Origin: Candidatus Buchananbacteria bacterium
Lineage (GTDB): Bacteria > Patescibacteriota > Patescibacteriia > 2-01-FULL-39-33
Length of the DNA stretch: 64,000 nucleotides
Direction of reading: 5' to 3'
Assembly (NCBI GenBank): GCA_030650095.1
Contig: JAUSEE010000002.1
Location: 6,711 to 70,710, forward strand
This document shows positions 1 through 9,224 of the stretch, piece after piece (within the stretch, counting starts at the first letter, position 1; the number at the start of each line of letters is the position of its first letter). The notes under the pieces are model-generated. The model was not told where the DNA came from. It made no database searches and saw nothing but the letters and a program-made list of their open reading frames with translations. The position numbers and the translations under genes are program-made.

Positions 1-12
1 AATAAAATTGAT

Positions 13-43
13 GCCGCTCGGGTAATAACTGGGCGGTTTTTTT
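13..43 (+). terminator. Intrinsic terminator of an upstream gene outside the window
   Basis: GCCGCTCGG...CTGGGCGGT stem followed by a T-run. Confidence 0.6.
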
Positions 44-72
44 ATAATGTTGCTGCCCAATAGGCAGGCAAT

Positions 73-100
73 GGATCCCTCGACTGCGCTCGGGATGACA
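73..100. repeat. Right half of a GTCATYCCG-type palindromic repeat
   Basis: GGATCCCTCGACTGCGCTCGGGATGACA; related to 54569-54608 and roughly complementary to 6236-6264. Confidence 0.65.
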
Positions 101-111
101 ATGAAGAAGAA

Positions 112-194
112 CGTCATTGCGAGGCACGAAGCAATCCCATAGTTGTAGAGTACGAGGTTGCTTCCCCCGCATCAAGTGCGGGGTCGCAATGACA
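112..194. repeat. GTCATTGCG...CGCAATGAC palindromic repeat (REP/RPE-like), full copy
   Basis: CGTCATTGCGAG-GAAGCAATCCC...GAGGTTGCTTC-CGCAATGACA with internal CCCCGCATCAAGTGCGGGG hairpin. Confidence 0.9.
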
Positions 195-218
195 GGAATA
201 AAGAGTTTAGTTGGGATG

Positions 219-1052
219 TTAAACGGCGGCGTCTTTGAGCGAGGCTTTTTTGAGATCTTCGTAAATGCCGCCTTTAATGTTGATTCGGCCAAAAGCCAAA
301 AAGAATAAGCTCAAGGAAGCGTAAAAGAAAAAGTGACTCAAATACATCACCTGGTGAAGCGGAAAATTAAGATTGGACTCTAGAAACTCGTAAAAAATAT
401 ATGGCACAGTCGAGAGCATGATCATAATAATGGAAGCATGCAATAATCTGGTGAAGCCAGTTGAGATGGACACATGTTTGCCAATTCGGTTTATTTTCAT
501 CATGGCTATCAAACCTAGTAAAAAGATTATGGCTGTGTAGACATAAGGTGTTGGATTATCCAATTCCAGCGACATCAATTCTCTTTTGGTTGTTAAGACG
601 AAAATTAAGACAATCAAAGCGGCAATTAAGCCGATCAGAACATTAATCTGAATCAACGATCGTCTATCGTGAACTCTAAGGAAGGCATCAGCGCCGATTA
701 TTATCAGCATCAGGCTTATTAGATAGAAATTGGCGGTATTGATAAGGACAGAATCAGAATAATAGACAAAAGCACCCATGCTCATACTGAAATATTCAAC
801 AATATGCGAAAGGGCAAAAACAAACAGAGCGGCCAAACTGGCCATGAAGAATTTTTCTAGGATGGGATCAAAAGAATAATAGCGGACAAAAATCCTTATT
901 ATAGACAAGGCGATAAACAAAATAGCGATCATATGTATAATTCCGTACATAAAAAACAATTGACCGGTAAGCTCGGCTATGAGGATAACCGCTAAATTGA
1001 TGGCTATGAGTACCAAGGGACTAAAAATTTTTTCAATTTTTTCTTTGTTCAT
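219..1052 (-). CDS. Multi-pass membrane protein (about 8 TM), function unknown
   Basis: 277-aa ORF with repeated hydrophobic helices; bracketed by palindromic repeats. Confidence 0.75.
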   Translation of the reverse strand: MNKEKIEKIFSPLVLIAINLAVILIAELTGQLFFMYGIIHMIAILFIALSIIRIFVRYYSFDPILEKFFMASLAALFVFALSHIVEYFSMSMGAFVYYSDSVLINTANFYLISLMLIIIGADAFLRVHDRRSLIQINVLIGLIAALIVLIFVLTTKRELMSLELDNPTPYVYTAIIFLLGLIAMMKINRIGKHVSISTGFTRLLHASIIMIMLSTVPYIFYEFLESNLNFPLHQVMYLSHFFFYASLSLFFLAFGRINIKGGIYEDLKKASLKDAAV

Positions 1053-1145
1053 ATGATTTATTATTTAATGATTTATTAATTATACCATATTGTTTGGGCA
1101 TTTAAATGGGCTATCAACCAGGGATATTCTGCTGGTTTTTATTTT

Positions 1146-1230
1146 CGTCATTGCGAACGTAGTGAAGCAATCCCATGGCTATAGAATACGAGATTGCTTC
1201 CCCCGCATCAAATGCGGGGTCGCAATGACA
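1146..1230. repeat. GTCATTGCG...CGCAATGAC palindromic repeat, full copy
   Basis: Closely similar to 112-194, including the CCCCGCA...TGCGGGG inner hairpin. Confidence 0.9.
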
Positions 1231-1242
1231 AGAATATAACAC

Positions 1243-1294
1243 TTGACAGACATGTTAGAATAATATAACATTAAGATAGTTAGAAATAATTAAC
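1243..1294 (+). promoter_or_regulatory. Sigma70 promoter with two palindromic operators (probable XRE autoregulation)
   Basis: TTGACA(1243-1248)-17-TAACAT(1266-1271); GTTA-N8-TAAC at 1254-1269 and 1279-1294. Confidence 0.75.
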
Positions 1295-1300
1295 AAAAAC

Positions 1301-1687
1301 ATGACCCAAAAACAATACAAAATCTGCAGCTTGGCTATCGTTATAGCTCTAAGCTTTTCCGTCAGCCTTTCTGTCACTTTAAACAATTATTATCTGCCGG
1401 CAATTTTTATTTTGAGCGCAGTGGCGGGCATGTATTACTGTCGCAAACAGCTTAAAACCAATAATGTTTTGGCTGATGAGCGTGATTATCAAATATCCGG
1501 CCAAGCTGCTCGCTATAGCATTTACATCTACAGCTGGCTGGGCGCTATTGGCACATTGGCTTTGATGGCCATATCCGAGAAAGATGGCGTGTTGTATGTT
1601 TTAAGCCAATATTTGGCTTTCAGCGTTTGTTTTCTACTTTTAGTGAATGCTTTTTTGTTTAATTATTTAAGCAAACGAGGCAAGTAA
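1301..1687 (+). CDS. DUF2178-like membrane protein
   Basis: 4 TM with central ADERDYQI motif; paired with an XRE HTH gene. Confidence 0.8.
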   Translation: MTQKQYKICSLAIVIALSFSVSLSVTLNNYYLPAIFILSAVAGMYYCRKQLKTNNVLADERDYQISGQAARYSIYIYSWLGAIGTLALMAISEKDGVLYVLSQYLAFSVCFLLLVNAFLFNYLSKRGK

Positions 1688-1688
1688 T

Positions 1689-1877
1689 ATGAGAAACAAT
1701 ATAAAAGAATTTAGGCAGAAACTGAATCTAACCCAAGAGGAACTGGCTCGGCTAGCGGGGGTGCGTCGGGAAACCATTGTTTTTTTGGAACAGGATAAAT
1801 ATAATCCGTCTTTAAAATTAGCCTACAATGTCGCCAAAGCTTTGAAAACCAGCATAGAAGAAGTTTTTATTTTTTAA
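1689..1877 (+). CDS. XRE-family helix-turn-helix regulator
   Basis: [32 protein letters not shown]. Confidence 0.95.
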   Translation: MRNNIKEFRQKLNLTQEELARLAGVRRETIVFLEQDKYNPSLKLAYNVAKALKTSIEEVFIF

Positions 1878-1958
1878 ATATTTCAAAAAACTGTTACAAC
1901 TTGACATTTTTCTTTAAAAAGTGTAAAACATAGGGGCAGTATGAATGCTTTTCGAGTT

Positions 1959-1994
1959 TGATCTTTATAATATTTTACAAAAAACCACAAGGAG
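1959..1994 (+). promoter_or_regulatory. boxA-like motif and SD in an accessory-gene leader
   Basis: TGATCTTTATAA at 1959-1970, AAGGAG at 1989-1994, TTGACA at 1901-1906 upstream. Confidence 0.55.
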
Positions 1995-2001
1995 AGATGG
2001 A

Positions 2002-2529
2002 ATGAAGCTTTATGTTAATATTCTATTGGTTTTGGTAATAGCCATAGTTATTGTTAAGTTAATGGTTACACCTCAAACACTTTTTGTCGAAGAAGAAATC
2101 ACCCCGGCATTTGTTCAACAAATGGAGGATGGCTTTAAAAGAACCTATCCGAAGGCCATGGAAGTCGCTTGGGGGACATTGGAAGCTGATGGGCAAAAAA
2201 TTAACTGGTACTCTTATTGGATATCGGGCTACGACCAATTGCAGTTTTTTCTTGATAGTAAGCTCAGTTCAGAAACATGTGCCAAGTTGGAAAAGACAAT
2301 CCAGCGTATCCAACCTCCCTATGAGGAAGATCCTCGCGTCATGCAGTATCGCAGGAAGTCGGTTAACGGCGAGCTGTGGGTGGAATTAGAATCTCCGGCC
2401 ACTTACTTTTATTTTCGTTTCAGCAATCTTGATTTGTTTGATGCTCAGGCAAAACTGGCTTGGGTATTTTTAGAACTATCCAGAGACGGGGTTGTGGATG
2501 ATTACAGCATAGAGAAGCGGTATCTGTAA
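2002..2529 (+). CDS. Hypothetical protein with N-terminal membrane anchor
   Basis: Start moved from 1945 to ATG 2002 because AAGGAG lies 7 nt upstream and a hydrophobic helix follows. Confidence 0.65.
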   Translation: MKLYVNILLVLVIAIVIVKLMVTPQTLFVEEEITPAFVQQMEDGFKRTYPKAMEVAWGTLEADGQKINWYSYWISGYDQLQFFLDSKLSSETCAKLEKTIQRIQPPYEEDPRVMQYRRKSVNGELWVELESPATYFYFRFSNLDLFDAQAKLAWVFLELSRDGVVDDYSIEKRYL

Positions 2530-2574
2530 ATGCCAGAGGTAATCTAAAACAGCCCGAAAAGGAAAGCCAAGATC

Positions 2575-3630
2575 ATGAAACAAAAGCCAGGCTTTACGCT
2601 AGTGGAACTGCTTGTAGTGATTGCCATCATCGGCATTTTGGCGGCGGTTCTCTTGCCGGCTCTGGCGCGAGCGCGTGAGGCGGCCAGGCGTGCCAGTTGC
2701 GCCAGCAATCTTAAGGAGTGGGGACAGATTTTTAAAATGTTTGCCAGCGAAGCGCCAAAAGGAGAACTGCCCAGTATTGGCGGAATTCTTTTTACAGCCT
2801 CGCCCAATGCTTTCCAACTCTACCCTGATTATTGGACGGATGAGAAAATTTTGGCTTGTCCATCGGATAGTTTTTCCTCTCGATTTTTTCATACGCCCGA
2901 TCCTTTGGGCGACATTAACCAAGTGAGGCAATATTGTCCGCCGGGTCCGGCTTTGCCATCAATTATGAGCGTGCCCATTTCCTACTGGTATAGCGGTTTT
3001 GTCATACCAAGCGTTTGGGATTTTATGGGTTATGGTTTGATTATCAGGGATTATATCAGCCGTTTGTCGCCAAGTTTGTTTACAACTTCCAGCGGAACGA
3101 TTGATTTTGTTTATTGTGATCCGGCTATGAGAACTAATTTTGGCAGTATGTGGATCTGGGCCTCAATCGGCATGGATTATGATTTATCCAAATCATCGGT
3201 AGAAGAAAAGGCGAATGGCTATTCGCGCGTGGACTGGGAAGAAGTGGATTACTGGTTGAGCCAAGGGGGCAAGTCCATTAATTCGTGGACATTACCTCGT
3301 TTGCGTGAAGGCATCGAGCGCTTCCTCATTACCGATATCAATAATCCGGCTGCCAGCTCACTGGCACAAAGTTCTATTGATGTTATGTGGGACATTTGGG
3401 GCGATACAGCCGGTTACAAAGAATTGGCGCCCACCGGTCAAAACTTAGGCGGATCTTTCAATCACGTTCCCAGTGGCAGTAATGTTCTTTATTTGGATAG
3501 CCATGTCGAGTACAAGAAATTCAAATCCGGCTACCCTCTGAGCGCCGGGAATATAAACCAAAACGGCACGCTACTGGAGCAAGCCAATTATCTTATGGGA
3601 TTTTACATCGCTACCAGCGCAGCTTGGTGA
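2575..3630 (+). CDS. Prepilin-type N-methylation protein, DUF1559 / H-X9-DG-CTERM type
   Basis: [42 protein letters not shown]; C-terminal [18 protein letters not shown]. Confidence 0.9.
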   Translation: MKQKPGFTLVELLVVIAIIGILAAVLLPALARAREAARRASCASNLKEWGQIFKMFASEAPKGELPSIGGILFTASPNAFQLYPDYWTDEKILACPSDSFSSRFFHTPDPLGDINQVRQYCPPGPALPSIMSVPISYWYSGFVIPSVWDFMGYGLIIRDYISRLSPSLFTTSSGTIDFVYCDPAMRTNFGSMWIWASIGMDYDLSKSSVEEKANGYSRVDWEEVDYWLSQGGKSINSWTLPRLREGIERFLITDINNPAASSLAQSSIDVMWDIWGDTAGYKELAPTGQNLGGSFNHVPSGSNVLYLDSHVEYKKFKSGYPLSAGNINQNGTLLEQANYLMGFYIATSAAW

Positions 3631-3685
3631 TCATTTAACTTTAAGTAATGATTAATCGCAAAAATAAATAATTTTTATCCACACC

Positions 3686-3710
3686 AGACAGAGTATAACT
3701 CTGTCTTTTT
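3686..3710 (+). terminator. Intrinsic terminator
   Basis: AGACAGAGT-ATA-ACTCTGTCT followed by T-run. Confidence 0.8.
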
Positions 3711-3821
3711 CAATTTTTGCCCGTATTTTGGGGCGATATTTTTTTATTTCCTACTTATTTTGCTGACACTTTTATTTTATGATATTATGATAGAACTTTA
3801 ATAAATAACTTTATAAATATT

Positions 3822-6185
3822 ATGGGGGATAATTCAAATAACTGGCTCGGTTCCGAGGCCAGTGTTTTAGAATCTAATAAAGTTGCCAAAATAAGGAAAA
3901 GAGACGGCCGAATTGTTGATTTTAATAAGGATAAGATAAAACAGGCCATTATTAAGGCCTTTACCGCCTCCAATAATTATGATTATGAACTGGTAGACAG
4001 GCTGGTTGTGAGTGTGGTTAACATTTTAAACAACCGCTACGGGCTAGAAAACATACCTTCTATCGAAGATATCCAGAATATCGTAGAAATCATCCTGATT
4101 CATAACGATCTGCCGGCGGTAGCCAAAAATTACATTATTTACCGTGAAGAAAGATCCAAATCGCGTGAAAGGCAAAAGGCTATTTTAGACGGTTTAACCA
4201 CCAGCTTGCCTTATTCTGATAACGCCCTGAAGGTTATGGCCAAAAGGTATTTAAAAAGGGATCAGGATGACAAAGTTATTGAAACTCCCGAGCAAATGAT
4301 GGAACGGGTATCCCTGGCTTTGGCGGAAGTGGAGAAGAAATACGGCAAAAATGACGAGCAAGTGGCGCGAGTGAAAGACAGTTTTTATGAGGTTTTAAGC
4401 AAATTTGAGTTTACCCCGGCCGGACGAACCCTAAACAACGCCGGCACCGATTTACCGGTGGTGGCCAATTGCATTGTCTTAAATATCCAAGATTCCATGG
4501 ACAGTATTTTTGATACCCTCAAAGACGCCGCTCTTTTACAGCAGTCCGGCTCCGGCTTGGGCTTTCCTTTCCACACCCTAAGGCCGGCCGGTTCTCGGGC
4601 CAAAAAATCACGCGGGGTGGCTTCCGGGCCGGTTTCTTTTCTGAAAGTCTATGATCGGGCCTTTGGCGTGATAAAACAGCAGAATCGCCACGGCGCCAAT
4701 ATGGCAGTGATGAATGTGGAGCATCCGGATATTTTGGAGTTTATCCATTGCAAAGCCCGGGAAGGCGAGATTAAGAATTTTAATATTTCTGTGGGCTTAA
4801 CCGATAGGTTTATGGAAGCGGTGGAAAAAAACGATCCCAACACTTGGGTGCCGCGCTTCAACGGCCAGGATCATTCCTTGCACAGAGTGGTACGCGATGA
4901 GCAGGACACTATTTTGGACATCGTGGAAGAAAAAATGACCGCTCGCGAGATTTTTCAAGAAATCATTTCGGCCGCTTGGTCCAACGGCGAGCCGGGCTGT
5001 GTTTTCTTGGACACGGTGAACAAGGTTAACCCTTTGCCGGGCTTGGGCCGGATAGAAGCCTGCAACCCCTGCGGTGAGCAATTCTTGCACGATGGCGATG
5101 TCTGTAATTTGGGTTCTATTAATTTGGAAAAATTTGCTAGTAGCGGCGAAGTGTTGTGGGACAGATTGAAAGAAGTTACCAAAATAGCCGTGCGCATGCT
5201 GGACAATGTCACCGATATCACTAAGTACCAATCAGAAAAAGTAAATCAGGTTTCCAAAGACAATCGGCGTATCGGCTTGGGCATCATGGGCTTTGCCGAC
5301 ATGCTTTATAAACTGGGCATTGGCTACAACACGCCCGAAGGCTTTGCTATGGGCGAAAAAATAATGAAAACCATCCAGGATTCCTCTCACCAGATGTCTC
5401 AAGAATTAGCCGACGAAAAAGGACTCTTTAAAAATTATAATCATTCCGTTTACCCAGGCAGGAATGTCAGAATGAGAAATGCCGCCCTCACCAATATCGC
5501 CCCGACCGGCACGATTTCCATGACCATGGATGTCTCGGGCGGAGTGGAGCCTTATTTTGCCTTGGCCTATTATTACAAACATGTTTTGGGAGGCGATGTG
5601 GAGCTTATTTATTTCAACAAGCATTTGGAAAAAACCTTAAAGGAACAAGGCTGTTGGTCGGAAACAGTTAAACAGCAAATAATCCAAAACGGCACCCTGC
5701 AGAATGTGGCCGGCATTCCGGAAAATATCAAAAAAATATTCGTTACTTCCATGGATATTTCCGCCTCCGATCATATTAAAATGCAATCGGCGTTCCAAAA
5801 ATATTGCGACAACGCTATTTCTAAAACTGTTAACTTCCCTTATTCGGCCAGCAAAAATGACGTGATGGAAGGCTACCTGATGGCTTGGAGAATGGGTTGC
5901 AAGGGCTGTACTGTTTATCGCGACGGCTCCAGGGACAAGCAAATACTCAATATCGCCAAAGACAAAGAAACCAGCGAACCCTTAAACCCCAACGCCGGTT
6001 TAACCGATGAAATGCCCATGGTTAATACCGGCAATGTGGTTACTTCCGGCTTTAGTCCTCTTAAGCCTAATGATAAAAATGGAGTCATAGCCGGCGGAAT
6101 TTGTCCGGAATGCGGGGGATCGCTTATGATTTTAGAAGGTTGTTATACTTGCTCCAGTTGCGGAGTTAGCGCCTGCTCTATTTAA
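3822..6185 (+). CDS. nrdJ: Class II (adenosylcobalamin-dependent) ribonucleotide reductase with ATP cone
   Basis: N-terminal IRKRDGR ATP cone, ANC, NPCGEQ, CNLGSINL, IAPTGTIS, VYRDGSR, C-terminal Cys-rich ribbon; no beta-subunit gene next to it; cobO adjacent. Confidence 0.93.
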   Translation: MGDNSNNWLGSEASVLESNKVAKIRKRDGRIVDFNKDKIKQAIIKAFTASNNYDYELVDRLVVSVVNILNNRYGLENIPSIEDIQNIVEIILIHNDLPAVAKNYIIYREERSKSRERQKAILDGLTTSLPYSDNALKVMAKRYLKRDQDDKVIETPEQMMERVSLALAEVEKKYGKNDEQVARVKDSFYEVLSKFEFTPAGRTLNNAGTDLPVVANCIVLNIQDSMDSIFDTLKDAALLQQSGSGLGFPFHTLRPAGSRAKKSRGVASGPVSFLKVYDRAFGVIKQQNRHGANMAVMNVEHPDILEFIHCKAREGEIKNFNISVGLTDRFMEAVEKNDPNTWVPRFNGQDHSLHRVVRDEQDTILDIVEEKMTAREIFQEIISAAWSNGEPGCVFLDTVNKVNPLPGLGRIEACNPCGEQFLHDGDVCNLGSINLEKFASSGEVLWDRLKEVTKIAVRMLDNVTDITKYQSEKVNQVSKDNRRIGLGIMGFADMLYKLGIGYNTPEGFAMGEKIMKTIQDSSHQMSQELADEKGLFKNYNHSVYPGRNVRMRNAALTNIAPTGTISMTMDVSGGVEPYFALAYYYKHVLGGDVELIYFNKHLEKTLKEQGCWSETVKQQIIQNGTLQNVAGIPENIKKIFVTSMDISASDHIKMQSAFQKYCDNAISKTVNFPYSASKNDVMEGYLMAWRMGCKGCTVYRDGSRDKQILNIAKDKETSEPLNPNAGLTDEMPMVNTGNVVTSGFSPLKPNDKNGVIAGGICPECGGSLMILEGCYTCSSCGVSACSI

Positions 6186-6186
6186 G

Positions 6187-6264
6187 TGTCACTTTGATCC
6201 GCCCTGGGCGGAGAAGCAATCTCGTGTTTGATATTTGTCATTCCGACCGCAGTGGAGGAATCCC
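6187..6264. repeat. Two partial palindromic repeats (left halves)
   Basis: TGTCACTTTGATCCGCCCTGGGCGGAGAAGCAATCTCG (compare 10210-10256) and TGTCATTCCGACCGCAGTGGAGGAATCCC. Confidence 0.75.
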
Positions 6265-6306
6265 TTGGTAAAATAAAATAAATCCAGTCTATTAAAATAA
6301 AACACC

Positions 6307-6483
6307 CTTTTCTTTTTCTAGGAAAAAGAAAAGCGGTGCCAAAAGAAAAAGTCGCGAGCTGGTTAAAAATTAAGGCAAAATTTCAGCTCGCTCACTAAAG
6401 CCAATAATCCAAATAGCAACATAATATTGGCTTTTTAACGCTCGCTAAACTGAAATTTTGACACTAAATTTTTAAAGGCTCGC
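6307..6483. ncRNA. Candidate structured element, copy A (short hairpin plus long interrupted hairpin)
   Basis: Homologous to 35571-35733 with compensatory changes in several stems. Confidence 0.6.
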
Positions 6484-6510
6484 ATTATTTTATATTAGAT
6501 TATTAATACT

Positions 6511-7026
6511 ATGATCCAAGTTTATTATGGCGATGGTAAAGGCAAAACCACGGCGGCCCTGGGATTATCCATAAGAGCTTTAGGTAGCGGCCAGAAAGTA
6601 GCCATTATCTTTTTTGACAAAGGGGGCCAGAATTATAACGAAAGGAAGATATTGGATAATCTGGGCATCGCTTATTTTTCCTATGGCCGAGACAGGCGTC
6701 TGTCTAATAACCGGTTTGATTTTTCACTTAAAGACGAAGATTTGGCGATGGCGCAAAAATCCATGGCCCAGCTTCTTAAAATACACCATGATTACGACTT
6801 GATTGTTTTAGACGAAGTTTTAAACGCCATCAGGCTGAAGATGATGCCGCTTCAAGAATTGTTGGATTATTTGGACAATAAATTGCCGCCCAATTTAGAA
6901 CTGGTTTTAACCGGCCGCGGCTTGTGGCCGGAAATAAGTGAAAGGGCCGATTTGATTTCTGAAATGAAAATGATCAAGCATTATTTTCAAAAAAAATTGC
7001 CGGCCCGAGAGGGGATAGAATACTAA
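6511..7026 (+). CDS. cobO: Cob(I)alamin adenosyltransferase, CobA/CobO/BtuR family
   Basis: YYGDGKGKTTAALG, LIVLDE, LVLTGR, KHYF...GIEY. Confidence 0.92.
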   Translation: MIQVYYGDGKGKTTAALGLSIRALGSGQKVAIIFFDKGGQNYNERKILDNLGIAYFSYGRDRRLSNNRFDFSLKDEDLAMAQKSMAQLLKIHHDYDLIVLDEVLNAIRLKMMPLQELLDYLDNKLPPNLELVLTGRGLWPEISERADLISEMKMIKHYFQKKLPAREGIEY

Positions 7027-7035
7027 TCAGCTAAA

Positions 7036-7064
7036 AACAGTCTGCCAGAAGCGGATTGTTTTTT
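7036..7064 (+). terminator. Intrinsic terminator
   Basis: AACAGTCTGC-CAGAA-GCGGATTGTT followed by T-run. Confidence 0.65.
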
Positions 7065-7123
7065 ATTATTGTGTGTTTTCTGGACAGGAGTATAATAACA
7101 GTAATAGTTTTCCTTAGTGTTAT

Positions 7124-9043
7124 ATGGCTGGAAAAGTATCTAAAAACAGGCACTTATCAAACAATCCTAACAAGGCCGAAGTTTTTAAGTTGATTGAAAA
7201 AGAAAGGGATCATGTTTTTAATTTGATCAGTGACATTATTATTGTCGCCGATGCCAAAACTGGCATGTTAGTGGACGCTAATTTGGCCGCTCAAAAATTT
7301 TTGGGCAAAACTCTAAGCCAAATAAGGAAAATGCACCAGTCTCAGCTTCATAATAGAGCAGACCGGGCTAAATATCGTGAATCATTCAGGCAAATTGTTA
7401 AAACAGGAGGTGTCCAGGAAGATGTTTATATCTTAAATAAAAACCGAGAGCCAGTTCCTACTGATGTCAGCGCCGGTTTCATTAAAACTGGCGGGCGTGA
7501 TTATATCCAAGGAGTTTTTAGGGATGTCAGCCGCCGGAAGAAAATAGAAGAAGAATTAATCGGGCAAAAGATTAAATTTGAAACCATCTTTGATCTGTCG
7601 CCCAATTTTATTATTTATAAAAGCCAGGATGACAAATTTTTGGAAGTCAATAAAGCCTTTGTTGATTTTATCGGCCTGCCCAAAGAAAAGATTATCGGCC
7701 AATCAACCTTTGATATGATTCTAGACCAAGAGGTGGCCCAAAAAACCAGACAAGACGATTTGGAAGTTATGAAAACGGGCCGGCCAAAATTTGGCGTGAT
7801 TAGGAAATTTACCAGCCCGTTTAGCCAAAAGAGCATCTGGGGCATGTATTCTAAAGAAGCGTTTTTAGATGCCGATGGCAAGGTAATAGGCATTTTATCG
7901 GTTACCGCTGATATTACCAAGATGGTAGAATCAGAAAAAGAAATTGAACTGCAAAAAGATTTGGCTTTTGAAAGATCAGAAAAGTTGCAGGCCATTTTAG
8001 AGAATATCGGTGACTTCGTTTTTGTGATTGATCACAATTATAAAATTACCATGGTTAATAAATCAGCCTGCCAACTAGTTGGTTGTTCCTATAATCAAGC
8101 TATAGGCAAATACTATGGCGATTTTTTTAAATTTGTCTATGAGAAAAATCAGCAAGTTAATGACCAGTTTATAAAAAATGCTTTAGAAAAAGGGGTAGTG
8201 GCATCAGTGGCCAACCACACCGTTTTAATTACCAAAGACAATAAAGCCATGCCGGTTGATTTTGTGGCTTCGCCTATTAAAGATGAAAATGGCCAAATAA
8301 CCGGCGCCGTGGTTGTTTTTAGGGATATAACCAGGGAAAGAAACATAGATAGAATGAAAACAGAATTCGTTTCCATTGCTTCCCACCAGCTTAGAACGCC
8401 CTTAACCGGCATCAAATGGTTTTTGGAATTGCTATTGGATCAAAAAATAGGCGCTTTAAATGAAAAACAACTGGATTTTCTAAACCAAGTGGCGCAAAGC
8501 AACGAAAGAATGATATCGCTCGTGAGTGATCTTTTAAGCGTGTCCAGGATTGAAACAGGAGGAAAAAAGTTTGAAATCGTCAAAAGAAATATCAATATTA
8601 TCCCGGTGATCAAGAGCATTATTATGGATAATATTGTTTTAACCAAAGAGAAAAATATAAAAATAACTGGTTGTATTTATAAATTGTCCAAAATAATGAT
8701 TTTTGCCGATCCCGAACATATCAGGCAAGCCTTTCAAAACTTAATCACCAATGCCATAAAATATTCCAATAATAATGGCGTCATTGAAATTAATTGCCAA
8801 TATAAGAATAAAGAAATAATATTTTTTATCAAAGATAAAGGCGTGGGCATACCGCCAGATCAGCAAAAAAGGGTTTTTGAAAAATTTTTCCGGGCGGACA
8901 ATATTATTACTAAAGAAACCAGCGGCACCGGTTTGGGCCTTTATATCGCTAAAGCCATAATTGACGGCCATGGCGGCCGGATTTGGTTTAAGTCTAAAGA
9001 AGGCAAGGGCACGACCTTTTATTTCTCTATTCCCAAGAAATGA
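7124..9043 (+). CDS. Cytoplasmic multi-PAS histidine kinase
   Basis: Three PAS-like segments, H-box ASHQLRTPLT, N/G1/F/G2 boxes; no TM. Confidence 0.93.
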   Translation: MAGKVSKNRHLSNNPNKAEVFKLIEKERDHVFNLISDIIIVADAKTGMLVDANLAAQKFLGKTLSQIRKMHQSQLHNRADRAKYRESFRQIVKTGGVQEDVYILNKNREPVPTDVSAGFIKTGGRDYIQGVFRDVSRRKKIEEELIGQKIKFETIFDLSPNFIIYKSQDDKFLEVNKAFVDFIGLPKEKIIGQSTFDMILDQEVAQKTRQDDLEVMKTGRPKFGVIRKFTSPFSQKSIWGMYSKEAFLDADGKVIGILSVTADITKMVESEKEIELQKDLAFERSEKLQAILENIGDFVFVIDHNYKITMVNKSACQLVGCSYNQAIGKYYGDFFKFVYEKNQQVNDQFIKNALEKGVVASVANHTVLITKDNKAMPVDFVASPIKDENGQITGAVVVFRDITRERNIDRMKTEFVSIASHQLRTPLTGIKWFLELLLDQKIGALNEKQLDFLNQVAQSNERMISLVSDLLSVSRIETGGKKFEIVKRNINIIPVIKSIIMDNIVLTKEKNIKITGCIYKLSKIMIFADPEHIRQAFQNLITNAIKYSNNNGVIEINCQYKNKEIIFFIKDKGVGIPPDQQKRVFEKFFRADNIITKETSGTGLGLYIAKAIIDGHGGRIWFKSKEGKGTTFYFSIPKK

Positions 9044-9071
9044 TATTTAGAATAGTTGTAGATAATAAAAA

Positions 9072-9187
9072 TGTCATTGCGAGCCTGCCTGTCGGTAGAC
9101 AGGCTTGCGAAGCAATCCCACGGCTGTAGGATACGAGATTGCTTCTCCGCCTTCGCGAGGACTCGCTTGAGCTTCCTCGCAATGACA
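9072..9187. repeat. GTCATTGCG...CGCAATGAC palindromic repeat with CCTGCCTGTCGGTAGACAGG insert
   Basis: Direct sequence match to the family. Confidence 0.9.
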
Positions 9188-9224
9188 AGAATAAAGAGCT
9201 CATTCACAATGACATTTAGAAAAT

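Noticed and set aside
117-308. Short ORFs over repeats (117-308, 9019-9207, 9448-9645, 43040-43294, 48113-48340)
   Set aside because: They are translations of palindromes or MITEs; their similarity comes from the repeat DNA
3822-6185. Intein or intron in nrdJ
   Set aside because: Reading frame and catalytic motifs are contiguous with no splicing motifs seen
6307-6483. Cobalamin riboswitch upstream of cobO
   Set aside because: No B12-box or GCCACTG/GGGAAG core recognised, and a homolog lies between unrelated convergent genes
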